A program made the position numbers and the translations under genes. The notes under the pieces are model-generated. The model was not told the origin of the DNA, ran no database searches, and worked only from the letters and a program-made list of their open reading frames with translations. Source: an uncultured Gammaproteobacteria bacterium (GTDB lineage: Bacteria > Pseudomonadota > Gammaproteobacteria > UBA9214). Taken from it: DNA of 64,000 nucleotides. Location of the stretch: positions 672,001-736,000 of the forward strand of contig CAVVHS010000006.1 in assembly GCA_963748215.1 (NCBI GenBank). The letters are read 5' to 3'. This document shows positions 31,065 through 41,800 of this stretch, in pieces; the stretch's first letter is position 1, and each line of letters opens with the position of its first letter.

Positions 31065-31098
31065 AAAAAAGGCCCCGCCGAGGAACCGGCGGGGCCTT
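31065..31098 (-). terminator. Intrinsic terminator after cytochrome gene
   Basis: aaggccccgccg/cggcggggcctt stem followed by T6 on the minus strand. Confidence 0.8.
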
Positions 31099-31145
31099 CG
31101 ATGCGTGGCGGCATCCCTGCCGCCGGGTTTGCTTCCGTAGTACCG

Positions 31146-34070
31146 TTACAGCTCGTTGCCGTGGCACATGTTACAGCGGATCGGTGTGCCTTTAGCCACA
31201 AAACCAACATCCGGCAGGTTACGGTCGGCCGCGGTGCGCGACAGGACCGAACCTTCACCGTTCTGGCCATGGCAGGTCCGACAGGCATTGCGGTTGATGT
31301 TCTGCCGGTGCCCGCCGTCGGCGAAGCTGGTGTTGCCCACCACGTGCATGCCATGCGGTCCCTGCAGGCTCGCGGTCGAACCATTCGTGCCCAGCGCGTT
31401 GAGATTGGTGTGGCACGTATCGCACTCGGTGATGGCACCGGTGTGTCCCTGCAACTGGTCCGCCGTAACATTGTCGTTGGACGCCGGGTTGCCGTTCGGC
31501 CATTCCGCGTGGGTGGCACCATGACAGCCCTCACACATCACACCGCCATGGCCCGTGCTGACGCGATACAACTGCGGGTTGCCCGCACCCGGGTTAGCGA
31601 AGTTGCCGAAGCTCGCCGGTACTGCCGGCTCGGCGAAGCGTTTGTTGGTCGGCACGATAGGCGTCGCCTTGGCGTCGCCACTGCGGTAAGCCTGGCGTAA
31701 ACGCAGACCGTCCACGTTGCCGTCCACATCCCGCGTGTTGGTGATGGTGTTGGGCGTACCCGCCAGATTGCTGGTGGTATCACCCGTATGACAGGAACCG
31801 CAACCCGGTTCGTTGGCCCAGGGCACGCGCGGCTGCGGGTCGTTCGGATCGTAGAAATTGCCGCCCAGTACGAAGGCCCCCGGGTTCTGCGGCGAGACCC
31901 CTGCCGAGAAGTCCGCACCCACCTGCTGCATGTCACCGTGACAGTCGTTACAGAGCATGCCGCCGTTGAACATCGCACCGCGCAGACACTGCACGTTGGT
32001 GCCCGGGTGGCACTGGTAGCAGGTGTCTTCCAGCACCGCCAGACGCGCGGCCTGGTTGGTGATGGCGCCAGCGGCGTTCTGGATCGGTGCCGGCATCGGC
32101 GGGAACAGGTTGCCGAGGCTGCCGTGGTGGCTGTGCATCACGTTGGAGTTGCTCGAATGCGCCACCTGGTTACGTCCGTTGGCAGCGGTGCCGGGGGCTC
32201 CAGCCACCGGGCCGACCTGCGCCAGGTCCAGCGCCGGGGTGTAGTGACACACCTGGCAGACCGCCGGCTTGCCCTGCACCAGTGCCAGGTTGATCAGGCA
32301 GCTGGCGTCGCCGTTTCCGCCATTGGCGGTGACGTCGCACGGCGTTGCAGCGCCCGAAGTATCAACGTAATTGGCACCATGCTTGAGGTCATGCAACCGC
32401 AGGATGTTGATGTCCGCGGCATACTCGACGCTAACATCGGTCGGCAGGGTCGGATCCGGGTCATCCAGGCTCGTTGCCACCGGCAGACCGGCGGCCATGA
32501 GCGTGCCGGTCGGCTGACTGGTGCGGCTGTTCGGCACGTCGGCCGGATCGGAGTGGCAGTTGGTGCAGCTCGCCTCGCCCGAGATCGGCAGCACGGTATC
32601 CACCGTGGCGACGGTGGTGTTGCCCTGCTTGGCCTCGACCCGCACCAGCGGATAGGCGTTCTCGCGACCGTAGTCGTCGTAGGCCGCGAACGGAATGCCC
32701 GCACCTTCGTACCAGTTCACGCCCGCGGCGACATAGCCAAACGGGAAGTCGATGAAGAACGGCTTGTCGCCATAGTGCTCGTTGACCGCTGTCGGAGAGT
32801 TGATGAAGTACGGGTTGGCCAGACCGGGCATCGCATGCTGCACGGCGGTGAGGCTTTCGTCACCGCTGTTGACCACACCGTCGGCACCGATGTAGAGCTC
32901 TTCCACGTTCGGCACCGGCAGGCCCACGTCCAGCGTGACCGGGAACCCTCCGTTTGCCAGCGGCGTAATGCCCAGTCCACCGGGGTAGAACGCGTCGTAC
33001 GCGCCGCCGTTAACCGCATTCCAGAAGTTGGTCTTGTAGCTGCTGCCGTCGGCCTTCAGCCCGCGCTGGACACCCGGAATACCCAGTATCGGGTCATTCG
33101 GATTGGAGGTCGCGGAGTACTCAAGGCCAATACCCGCCGGGTTCAGGGTCGGGGTGCTGCCCCGCTGGATCACCTGACCCAGCAGCACCTGGAACGGCGG
33201 CAGGATGCTGGAGATACGTGTATCCAGGTCGCCGCAATGCATGCCGAGATCGTTGATGGCCAGCACGCGGTAGGCGCCATTCAGCAACGTGTTCACCTCG
33301 GGCACCGTTTGTTCCGGGCAGCCGTCCTGGCTGGTGGAGTTGATGGAGAGGCTATTGGTAACCGGAATACACTGTACCTGCTGCTGTACGCCGGTGCCGG
33401 TCAGGGGCACGTTGACGGTGGTGATGCCGCTGCCGCTGATGGCCAGGTTACCGGTGTCTGCACCGGCTGCGGCTGGGGTGTAGGTAGCCGCGACGGTAGC
33501 CGTAGCGCCGACCGCGACATTGATGGTGGCGGGTGACGTGAGGGCGAACTCGCTGGTGCCGGTGCGGGCCACGCTGAGCGCGCAGGCGGCGGTGCCGGTG
33601 TTTGTCACGGTGGTGCTGCGAGTCACGGTGCTACCCACATTGACACTGCCGAAGGCCAGCGACGTCGGGTTTACCGTGATATTGCAGACCGGCTGCTGCG
33701 CGTCCTGAACGCTGGCCGTCGTGGAGTCGCTGGCCGATGCACCGTCGTTGTCGGTCACGGTCAGGGTTACGGTGTAGTTACCCGCCGCCGCGTAGGTGTG
33801 GTTCGGATTGGCCGCACTGCTGCTGCCGCCGTCTCCGAAATTCCAGGCATAGGTGCTGACAGTCCCGTCCGGATCGCTGGAGCCAGCGCTGGAGAAGCCG
33901 ATTGCTACACCGGTCGTAGCGCTGTAGGGTCCGTTGGCACTGGCCACCGGCGAGAGATTGTTGTCGCCGGTACTGTCACTTCCGCAGGCGGTGAGGCCCA
34001 GTAACATGAATGCGATTGCGAAGCAGGAGAGATACCGGGATAGCCGGGTGGACGTTGTGTTCTTTGACAT
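31146..34070 (-). CDS. Nonaheme cytochrome c lipoprotein with PKD and Ig-like domains
   Basis: Lipobox LTAC; PKD (YAWNFGDG...HTYAAAGNYTVTLTVTDNDG); Ig-like (SLAFGSVNVG); NDLGMHC motif; 9 CxxCH counted. Confidence 0.9.
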   Translation of the reverse strand: MSKNTTSTRLSRYLSCFAIAFMLLGLTACGSDSTGDNNLSPVASANGPYSATTGVAIGFSSAGSSDPDGTVSTYAWNFGDGGSSSAANPNHTYAAAGNYTVTLTVTDNDGASASDSTTASVQDAQQPVCNITVNPTSLAFGSVNVGSTVTRSTTVTNTGTAACALSVARTGTSEFALTSPATINVAVGATATVAATYTPAAAGADTGNLAISGSGITTVNVPLTGTGVQQQVQCIPVTNSLSINSTSQDGCPEQTVPEVNTLLNGAYRVLAINDLGMHCGDLDTRISSILPPFQVLLGQVIQRGSTPTLNPAGIGLEYSATSNPNDPILGIPGVQRGLKADGSSYKTNFWNAVNGGAYDAFYPGGLGITPLANGGFPVTLDVGLPVPNVEELYIGADGVVNSGDESLTAVQHAMPGLANPYFINSPTAVNEHYGDKPFFIDFPFGYVAAGVNWYEGAGIPFAAYDDYGRENAYPLVRVEAKQGNTTVATVDTVLPISGEASCTNCHSDPADVPNSRTSQPTGTLMAAGLPVATSLDDPDPTLPTDVSVEYAADINILRLHDLKHGANYVDTSGAATPCDVTANGGNGDASCLINLALVQGKPAVCQVCHYTPALDLAQVGPVAGAPGTAANGRNQVAHSSNSNVMHSHHGSLGNLFPPMPAPIQNAAGAITNQAARLAVLEDTCYQCHPGTNVQCLRGAMFNGGMLCNDCHGDMQQVGADFSAGVSPQNPGAFVLGGNFYDPNDPQPRVPWANEPGCGSCHTGDTTSNLAGTPNTITNTRDVDGNVDGLRLRQAYRSGDAKATPIVPTNKRFAEPAVPASFGNFANPGAGNPQLYRVSTGHGGVMCEGCHGATHAEWPNGNPASNDNVTADQLQGHTGAITECDTCHTNLNALGTNGSTASLQGPHGMHVVGNTSFADGGHRQNINRNACRTCHGQNGEGSVLSRTAADRNLPDVGFVAKGTPIRCNMCHGNEL

Positions 34071-34465
34071 AGCTTGTGATTCACTCTTGTTGTTATGAAT
34101 TGTTATTGATTAAATACTTACAGAGCATGTGGGTTTGTTTGCCACTGTTCCATAGCAGCAGAATAACCCGCTTTTCACGTAAATCCAGCTATGCAGGCCT
34201 GATTAGAGCGATTTAAACTCGTTTTCTCCCTGTTTCTTACTAATGCATGACTTTATTACTGTGTTTTTCGCTAAGGATCTAAAGAACACAGACGGCTGAT
34301 AAACGCTTCTCTCGCACCGTGAACAGGTTGGGGAGCGGAAATTTATTCAGTCAAAAATATGAATATTCGGATGAACATCGTTTACCTTCATACCGGTTCG
34401 TCACTTAAAGACGAGAGATTTGCTGATTCCCCGGTTGGGACTCAATATAAAGCTGAGTGAGTGTT

Positions 34466-35947
34466 TTAATTTACAGGCCCGGATGTATCGGTCGCGGCAT
34501 TGTCGACAACCTGCAACAGCTCGATGAGATAGATACTCGGCTCGAAACCGCGCAAGCCGCGTTTCCTTACACCGCCAGTGCTCGCGACGTTCGACGGTAC
34601 ATACAGCTCGAATTCTGCCCCTTCCCGCATTTCGAGCAGCGCTTCCTGCCAACCGGGCATAACCTGCTTCATGCTGAACGTCTTTGGCGCTCCGCGCGAA
34701 TATGTTTCAGTTGTTACCGCGCCATCAGGCCTGATTCCCACATAGGAAACCACGACCTGGTCAGCGAGCGTTGGCGACCTGCCGCTGCCAAACTTGACAA
34801 CCCGGTACTGGACGCCATTAGGCAGCGTGGTGACATCCCCGTTGGCCGCATTGTCCTCGAAGAATTCCCTTGCATCCTGCCGTGTATATTGCCGTTCACC
34901 CGCACTGAAAATAGTACGGGCACGACCGGACGTATTTCCGGATAACACCCGGTCAGGCTCGGGCTCGCCGCTAACGGCAGTGTCGAAGGCTGCTGGTTGC
35001 GCAGTTTCAACTGCAACATTTGCCGGTGTTGCATCCGCCACGGTGCTGCTGTCAACATCGGGCGGTTGCAGCTCTTCTTCCAGTGGCAGGTTGTCCATCG
35101 TAGTCTCTCCACTCAAGCCTCCGTTAACAGCGGCCATCAAGTTCTTGATATCCCTGCTCATGTCAGAGAGCATGGCGGCATTCTTCTGTCCATGCCAGAG
35201 CTGGACTCCCCCTACGGCGGCGCCGAGCAACAAGGCAAAGACCGCAGCCGTTATCGTCCAGTTCAGGCGATAATTCTGCTTGTGAACCCGACTCTGCATA
35301 ACCTGGAAATTCTTGAGCACATGCTGGCGTTCATTTTCCAGCTTGATGCCCAGTATCCTGACCTGGTTATCCATGGATTCAAGGCGGTTGCCGGTATCCG
35401 AGAGTGAAACATCAAACTGCCGCAGCTGCTCGACCGACTGGACCTGCAGGTCTCTGATCTGGGTATCTGTCTTGAGCAGCCGGGATGACGTTTCGCTCAG
35501 CGCGTCTTCAAGTGCTTTGACCTGATCACGAGCCTGAACGCGCTCGGTTTCGATTTCCGCAAGTCGCTTTCCCAGATCGAGGATGATGGCGCTGTCTGCC
35601 TCCCTGGCGGTCGCCAGCCGGCTGTTGCTCGATTCGAGCTCGGCCAGCTTTCGGACATCCTCGCCCCGGACACTCTCCAGGTTGTGAAGTACCTGCTCCA
35701 GGTCAGCGATCTGGCGATTTTCTTCATTGCAGACACGTTCAAGGTCCGTGCGAAACCGCTGCACCTGCTCGGTGAGAGCGCGGTTTTGACTGCTGAGGGT
35801 GGATACCTCGTGTTCGAGAACGTCCGAACCGGTCGTCTGTCGGCCACGGCCTGTTGATGGCTGTTTCAGCCTTGAGAGTAGACTTTCCCAGTACTGTCTG
35901 AGTGTGCGCACTGCAATCAACCTCTTATTATTAGCATCCGCAGCCAT
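34466..35947 (-). CDS. Coiled-coil + TM + FKBP-type PPIase-like domain protein
   Basis: ~220-aa heptad region, one TM helix, FkpA-like C-terminus (TLPNGVQYRVVKFGSG, QVMPGWQEALLEMREG). Confidence 0.75.
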   Translation of the reverse strand: MAADANNKRLIAVRTLRQYWESLLSRLKQPSTGRGRQTTGSDVLEHEVSTLSSQNRALTEQVQRFRTDLERVCNEENRQIADLEQVLHNLESVRGEDVRKLAELESSNSRLATAREADSAIILDLGKRLAEIETERVQARDQVKALEDALSETSSRLLKTDTQIRDLQVQSVEQLRQFDVSLSDTGNRLESMDNQVRILGIKLENERQHVLKNFQVMQSRVHKQNYRLNWTITAAVFALLLGAAVGGVQLWHGQKNAAMLSDMSRDIKNLMAAVNGGLSGETTMDNLPLEEELQPPDVDSSTVADATPANVAVETAQPAAFDTAVSGEPEPDRVLSGNTSGRARTIFSAGERQYTRQDAREFFEDNAANGDVTTLPNGVQYRVVKFGSGRSPTLADQVVVSYVGIRPDGAVTTETYSRGAPKTFSMKQVMPGWQEALLEMREGAEFELYVPSNVASTGGVRKRGLRGFEPSIYLIELLQVVDNAATDTSGPVN

Positions 35948-36256
35948 ACCGTCCGCTCGCAGGCCCCGTAATATTATTTATATTGTTTACAGCTTATTAA
36001 AACACACAATTAAGTATTTTTATCAGTATTGACACCAACAGACTCCGGGGCTGGCCGAGTGGTGCTTGACGCAGCCCTCATGCCTGAATAATGTTCATTT
36101 ATTATCTATGTTAATCACATTATTAATTGATATATAACAAATATCAACTCACTTTCCCCGGGTTGTATGCCTCGGACGTTGCGTGAAGCCGTATGGCAAT
36201 AGCGTAGCAGCCGGTTCGCACCCCGGGTGTTGTGGCGGACACAGGGCATGTTTGAT

Positions 36257-36308
36257 TGTAGGGTGCGCTGTGCGCACCATTGACGGTGCGTGCAACGCAC
36301 ACCCTACA
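36257..36308. repeat. GTAG-type REP doublet
   Basis: tgtagggtgcgctgtgcgcacc...ggtgcgtgcaacgcacaccctaca inverted pair. Confidence 0.7.
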
Positions 36309-36396
36309 TTAAATCCTATTTAATCACGACGGTTGCCCGCGGTCGTCATCCTTTGTTCACGGATAGCACCGCAGCACGCCTGCTGGTGCGCGAATG

Positions 36397-36492
36397 GTTG
36401 AATGAATTCGACCCTACAGGGCTGATTCAATGGCGATGAAACACCGTTGGTCGAATGAATTCGACCCTACAAGGGCCGAATTCATTCGACCA
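36397..36492. repeat. REP-like cluster (GTAGGGTCGAATTCATTCGACC family)
   Basis: gaatgaattcgaccctaca twice plus an inverted unit; related copy at 46727..46800. Confidence 0.7.
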
Positions 36493-36565
36493 GCAACCTT
36501 GCCATCAGAAGCAACGCGACTCGTCTAAATGTAGGCTGCAGATCCGACAGGCGGCAGCTAATGCG

Positions 36566-37039
36566 TCAGGGCTTGCGCCCCTTCATGACCGGGTAGTTGG
36601 CCATAAGCCAGCCACCGAAGCCGCGCTCGATGTGAAAGACATTTTCGAAACCGTTATCGAGCAGAGTCTGCTCGGCCAGCCGTGTGCGCCGGCCGACAAT
36701 ACAGTAGATGACCACGCCATTCGGGTTATGCAGCTCGTCCAGGTGCTGATCCAGCGTGTCTTGCGGGATGTTGATGGCGCCGGGGATATGCCCCTTTCGA
36801 TACTCCTGCACGTCCCGTACGTCCACGACCAGGTAGGCCTCCGGCGTATCCTGCCGGGCTTTCAGATCCAGCGCGGTAATGGCCGGTGTCTGAAAATCGG
36901 CCCCCGGTGCGAGGGCCGGCAACAGGTAAAGGGAGAGCAGTACGGCACACCGCACCCTCCCCTTGCGCCAGGCTGCGAACAGACCCTCGGGTGCACATCG
37001 AGACGTCAGCCGCCCGAGCTGTGTTGCAGTCCGGACCAT
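36566..37039 (-). CDS. Exported single-domain rhodanese-like protein
   Basis: VVDVRDVQEYRKGHIPGAINIP; active-site loop YCIVGRR; GGWLMANYPV; start uncertain. Confidence 0.85.
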   Translation of the reverse strand: MVRTATQLGRLTSRCAPEGLFAAWRKGRVRCAVLLSLYLLPALAPGADFQTPAITALDLKARQDTPEAYLVVDVRDVQEYRKGHIPGAINIPQDTLDQHLDELHNPNGVVIYCIVGRRTRLAEQTLLDNGFENVFHIERGFGGWLMANYPVMKGRKP

Positions 37040-37089
37040 TCAGGATCGTGGCACTCGTTGATCGCCCATACCCGCCGGCACGTTTGCCG

Positions 37090-38703
37090 CTACTCGCCGC
37101 CGATGGTGGGCGCCTTGCCGCCGCGCAGCTTTTCGATTTCTTCGTAGACCTTTTCCGGCGACTGGGTACCCGTCTCGGACTTGATCTTGTACCAGTCGAT
37201 CTCCTTCTGCATGTGGTAAGAGAGCCTGTCGCTGTAGACCTCGACCGGAATATCTTTCTCTCGCAAGCCCACCACGTACTCGTTCAGCCGCTCCTTGATC
37301 ATGCGTCGCCTGGTCATGCGCCGCGTGCGATCCTCATCGGGGTCAGCATAGATTGCATCTTCCATGTCCTGCACCTGCACCAGATGCCACCCGTTCGGAG
37401 TTTCAACCGGTCCGCCCAGCTCGCCGGGGGCCAGTGAAAAGGCCAGTTTGTCCAGCTCGGGGAAGCCCGTGCCTTCCGTCACCCAGCCGATCTCGCCCAG
37501 CGTCTTGCCAGACGCAGGGATAATGGAATGGTCCTGCGCTGCCTGATACATGGTAATCGTTCCGCTCTCGATCATTTGCTTGATCGCCTCGGCGTCCTCC
37601 CTGGTCTTTAGCACCACGATCTGCAGCTTGCGGCGCGACGGAATCATGATGGAGTCGCGATGCTCGGCATAGTAATCGCGGACTTCCTGATCGCTAGGTG
37701 CGAACGCCTCGACCAGCTTGCCCCTGTGCAGATTGATCAGGTGTACCTTTTTGTACTCGTTGAAGGCATTGAGGTAGGCCGGGTCCTGCTCCAGGCCTGT
37801 GGCCCGTGCCTTGCTGGTCATAATCCGGTAGTCGATCAGTTCGTCAAGCGTGCTGATGCGCCGCTCCACCGACGCTGAACTGCCGCCCGCACTTAAAGGT
37901 ACCTTGACCTGCCCCCAGCGGAGCGGCTGGCCATCGATCTCCGCTACTACCTCGGCATCATCGCGTACCACATCATCTTCGGGATCCAGCTCCGTAACAT
38001 TGATGACGACCGGCACACCGTCCCGCAGCCGGGAGCGCATGTCGGTACCGCCCAGCCCGAGCTTCTGGTCACGCAGCTTGGACGCGATGGCCAGCCGGGT
38101 CTCATCGGTGAACTCGGTGCCCGCGGCAATGTTGTCCTTGAAATATGCCTCGACCTCCGCGTCCGTGACTTCGATCTGCTCCGACTTGTTACGCCGCTGG
38201 TAGACCAGGGCCAGCATGCCGTCTGAGAAGGTCTCGAGATCCCGCTGATACCCGGGATCCTTGTCCACGCCTTTTTGTATTGCATCCAGGTACAGCAGGT
38301 TGGCGCTGATGACCCGATCCAGCAGCGTCAGGCGCACCTGGTCGCGCTCCGGCGAACCCAGCTCCGGTATCGAGAGGCCCACGATGGCCGAGCTGTTGAT
38401 CATGGTGTTGAGCTGATTGAACGAGATGGGCTGGTCGCCAACCCTGGCAATGACGTCATCCTTGTACACCGGTGGCGCCGCTTCAGCCTGCTTCGGTTCC
38501 CCGGCCTGATTCAATGCTTCGGCCTGTTTCGGTTCCCCGGCCTGCTTCGGCACCTCAGCCTGCTTCGTATCCGCGGTGTTCGGTGCTTCGACCTGCCCCG
38601 GTTCCTGGACCGGTTGCAAGGCCTCGGCCTGTACCGGCGGAAACGCGGCAATACCGAGTAAAAAAGGCAATGTGGCAATGGCTACCGATAGAATGCTTTT
38701 CAT
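37090..38703 (-). CDS. PpiC/parvulin-type peptidyl-prolyl isomerase (SurA/PrsA-like chaperone)
   Basis: Signal peptide; two VIARVG/VVAEID chaperone-like halves; GEIGWV...FPELDKLAFSLAPGELGGPVETPNGWHLV. Confidence 0.85.
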   Translation of the reverse strand: MKSILSVAIATLPFLLGIAAFPPVQAEALQPVQEPGQVEAPNTADTKQAEVPKQAGEPKQAEALNQAGEPKQAEAAPPVYKDDVIARVGDQPISFNQLNTMINSSAIVGLSIPELGSPERDQVRLTLLDRVISANLLYLDAIQKGVDKDPGYQRDLETFSDGMLALVYQRRNKSEQIEVTDAEVEAYFKDNIAAGTEFTDETRLAIASKLRDQKLGLGGTDMRSRLRDGVPVVINVTELDPEDDVVRDDAEVVAEIDGQPLRWGQVKVPLSAGGSSASVERRISTLDELIDYRIMTSKARATGLEQDPAYLNAFNEYKKVHLINLHRGKLVEAFAPSDQEVRDYYAEHRDSIMIPSRRKLQIVVLKTREDAEAIKQMIESGTITMYQAAQDHSIIPASGKTLGEIGWVTEGTGFPELDKLAFSLAPGELGGPVETPNGWHLVQVQDMEDAIYADPDEDRTRRMTRRRMIKERLNEYVVGLREKDIPVEVYSDRLSYHMQKEIDWYKIKSETGTQSPEKVYEEIEKLRGGKAPTIGGE

Positions 38704-38810
38704 AATGACTCCCTGTTGATGTAGCTACCTGGCCAGATGTTCTGGCCTGCGCTCATTGTTATTCGCACCAGGTTTGACAGCCTGAACTCCAAAAATTCAC
38801 CCCTGAAGGT

Positions 38811-38844
38811 AAAAAAAATGGAGGGGAAGCAACCTTCCCCTCCA
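38811..38844 (-). terminator. Intrinsic terminator after large cytochrome gene
   Basis: tggaggggaag/cttcccctcca stem followed by T8 on the minus strand. Confidence 0.8.
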
Positions 38845-38896
38845 CACTGGTTCATGAATCCCCGCTCAGTCCTTCATGAGCGGGCACGATCCTCGC

Positions 38897-41800
38897 TTAC
38901 CAGCCGCAGGTGGTGCCTGTCCTGGCAATCGATACCTCTTCCCACACTGCCTCGGAAACACGCCCCTCGATGAGATGCCGCTTCCACTCTCTACCACGGT
39001 TGGTATTACCGCAGCTCACGTTGCCTTCGTTGCCGTGGCACGCGCGACAGACGGTTGTGGTACCACCGGTGTAGGGGTTGACCGGGTCGGGTACACCCGA
39101 CACGACACCCGCATTGGCCTCGGCATCGTCCATTGCCAGACGCGACACGCGGTTGATCATGGCGTGGATCTGCCACTCTTCATTGTTGGCCGAGATGGCG
39201 CCTGACAAGTTGCCATGGCAGTTCAGACAGACACTGGCACGCGGATCGGCCTCATCCGTGTAGGTGTGGGCCCAGGACACGGCGGCATCAAAGTCATTGA
39301 TCACCGGTACCGCGGGTCCACCATCGACCGGATCCGTGTAGCTCAGACCATCGACCCAGACTGGCACCTGGTCAGCGTTCACATGGGTGTGGCAGGTGGC
39401 ACATTTCAGCGGCCCATGCGAGCCGTCCTGGTTCAGGCCGGCTGCCTGCGCGTACGACGTGTTATCGATGGTCGGGGTCACGGGATAGAGGCCGTGAATC
39501 GACTCATGACAACCCTGGCAGGTGATGTCCTGGTGGCCACGCGAGTAGCGCATCAGGCTGGCCTTGCGCGGATAGTTGAACGGCGGGAACGCATTCACAT
39601 TGCCGCTCTGCTCCGTGTAAGGCGCCTTGTGGCAATCCGCACAGTGTGGCTCACCCGCGCTCAGCCAGTGATCCCGCCCGTCAGACGCCGTGGTGGCCGT
39701 CGAGGTCGAGAACGGAATGGTGAACGCCAGCGAGTTAACCAGCGTTGCCTGGGCCGCCGTTACGCAATCCGGCGTGGTGCAGAAGTCCATGATGTTGGCG
39801 GTGAAGTCGCCATCTGCATCGAAGTTGCCGCAGATGTTGAACACCGGTCCGCCCTCGGCTGAGCAGTCCACCGGACCGACCTGGCCGGGGGTCGAGCAGG
39901 CCTGTCCCGCCGACGGGATCGCCACCTCGATGGTCGCTACATTACCGTCGAAGGTTGGATCAAGCGGCGCCCCGGTGGCAACCGACACCACGTAGTTGCA
40001 GAGCCCTGGATCGCTCTTCCAGATGAAGTGGGTATCATCGGCCGGACGGGTACCCGCACCACTCAACGGCAGGTCGGGATCGATGGCCGGATCCTTGGGG
40101 TCGACCCAGGACTCGAGCTGCGCCAGGGTGGTACCGAGCTGAGTCGCCAGATCGGCCATGTCCACTGCCGCGCGCGGATTCTCACCCGGTGCACAGTCGT
40201 TGTGGACCAGGCTAATGCAGTTCTCGGCCTTCCACATCTGCTGACCGGCCTGGCTGTGACAGTTGGTGCACCAGATACCGCGCATGTCTTCCGTGCCACC
40301 CGGCTCCTGGGACTGGTTACGGAACACGAAATCGGACAGGTACTGACCCACCGCAGTGAGGTGCTCTGGCGTCTCGGCACCGTCGACATCCTTCATCGGG
40401 TTGGAGTGCACGTCACGACCCACGAAGCAACCACCCTGTGCCAACCGGTTGTCGCCGCTGGCCTGGAAGTTGTTGCCGTCCAGGTCGATCGGATAGCCGT
40501 CCATGACACCGTCGGAACGGTGTGCCGGGTGACAACCCTGACAGCCACCATCACGCCCGGTCGCGTCGTTGAAGACGATGTCACCGCCCTCGCTCTGGCT
40601 GCGATGGTTGTGGTGGAGAGCCTGTGAGAGCGCCGGAATCAGGCCGCCCTCGGCACAGCTGGCTGCCCCACCGCAGTTGGTCGACTTGACCACCGCGATC
40701 ACGTTATCAGCATGGCACTTCTGGCAGATGACGCTGTCGTGCCCGATGCGGGTGTTCTGCGGCAGGTCGCACACTTCATCCCCGATACCGGCACAATCCG
40801 CATGGCTGGCACAGGCCGGACCGGTCGGCGCCTTGTTCACCAGGCAGTTGGCCGGCGAGTTGAAGAAAGGCTCGCTCAGACCACCCAGCTCGGTCACCGG
40901 ATTAAACGGCGATCCGGCCGGAATCGCTGCTGCTGCCGGGTAATTGGCCAGGAACTGGGTGCCATGTTGTGTATCGTGGGTCCCCAGGATACTGATGGCT
41001 GCACCCTTCAGGCGCGCATACCAGTCAGAATCACCTCCTGCCACATCCAGGTCGTAGTAGGCCGCCCAGAAATCGTACTCGAGATTGACCAGCACCTCGT
41101 TCGCCGGGATCACGTTCGGGCTGTTGACATTGACATTGCCGAAGGCATCCGTGGGCGGTGCCGAGTGGCAGCGCTCGCAGTTCGGGATGTCGATGGGCGC
41201 ATCACCGAAGCCCTGCACCGGGTGACCCGAGCCATCGAGTACCACGTTCCCCGCGGTGCAGTTACCCGCAGCGTCGCAGACAGCATCGTGCAACTGCGCC
41301 GACATCTGCACATACGGGCGGATGGAGTCTTCGTCCACCAGACCCGGGTCGGCGAAGAAGCCCAGCGTATCCTCGAATGGCGTCAGCGGCAGGCCCAGGG
41401 CCTCCCAGATACGCGGCGAGGTCAGCATGATGGGCAGGTTCTCCACCAGCTTCATCTGGGTGAATACCACCGTACCGGTGTCCTCGGAGAAGGTCATGAA
41501 GGCGTTGTCGTTGAAGACACCGCCCGAGACCGGTCCCATCGGATGACCGCCCGGGCCGTAATTGGTCGGGTAGTCGACATCCAGGCCGAGGCGCAGCTTG
41601 GCGGATTCCAGGCTGGTGCCGGTGGGATTGCTCCCCTCCGTATCGGCGTAAATGTACAGGTGGTTCCACACGGCATTCTGGTAGTTATCCACCGGTACGC
41701 CGAAGGTATTGCCGATATCGCCGTAGTCACCATTGCCCTGCACCACGTTAATGGCTGCACAGGTCAAGGGGTCAAGCGGGTCGGTACACTCAGAGTTACC

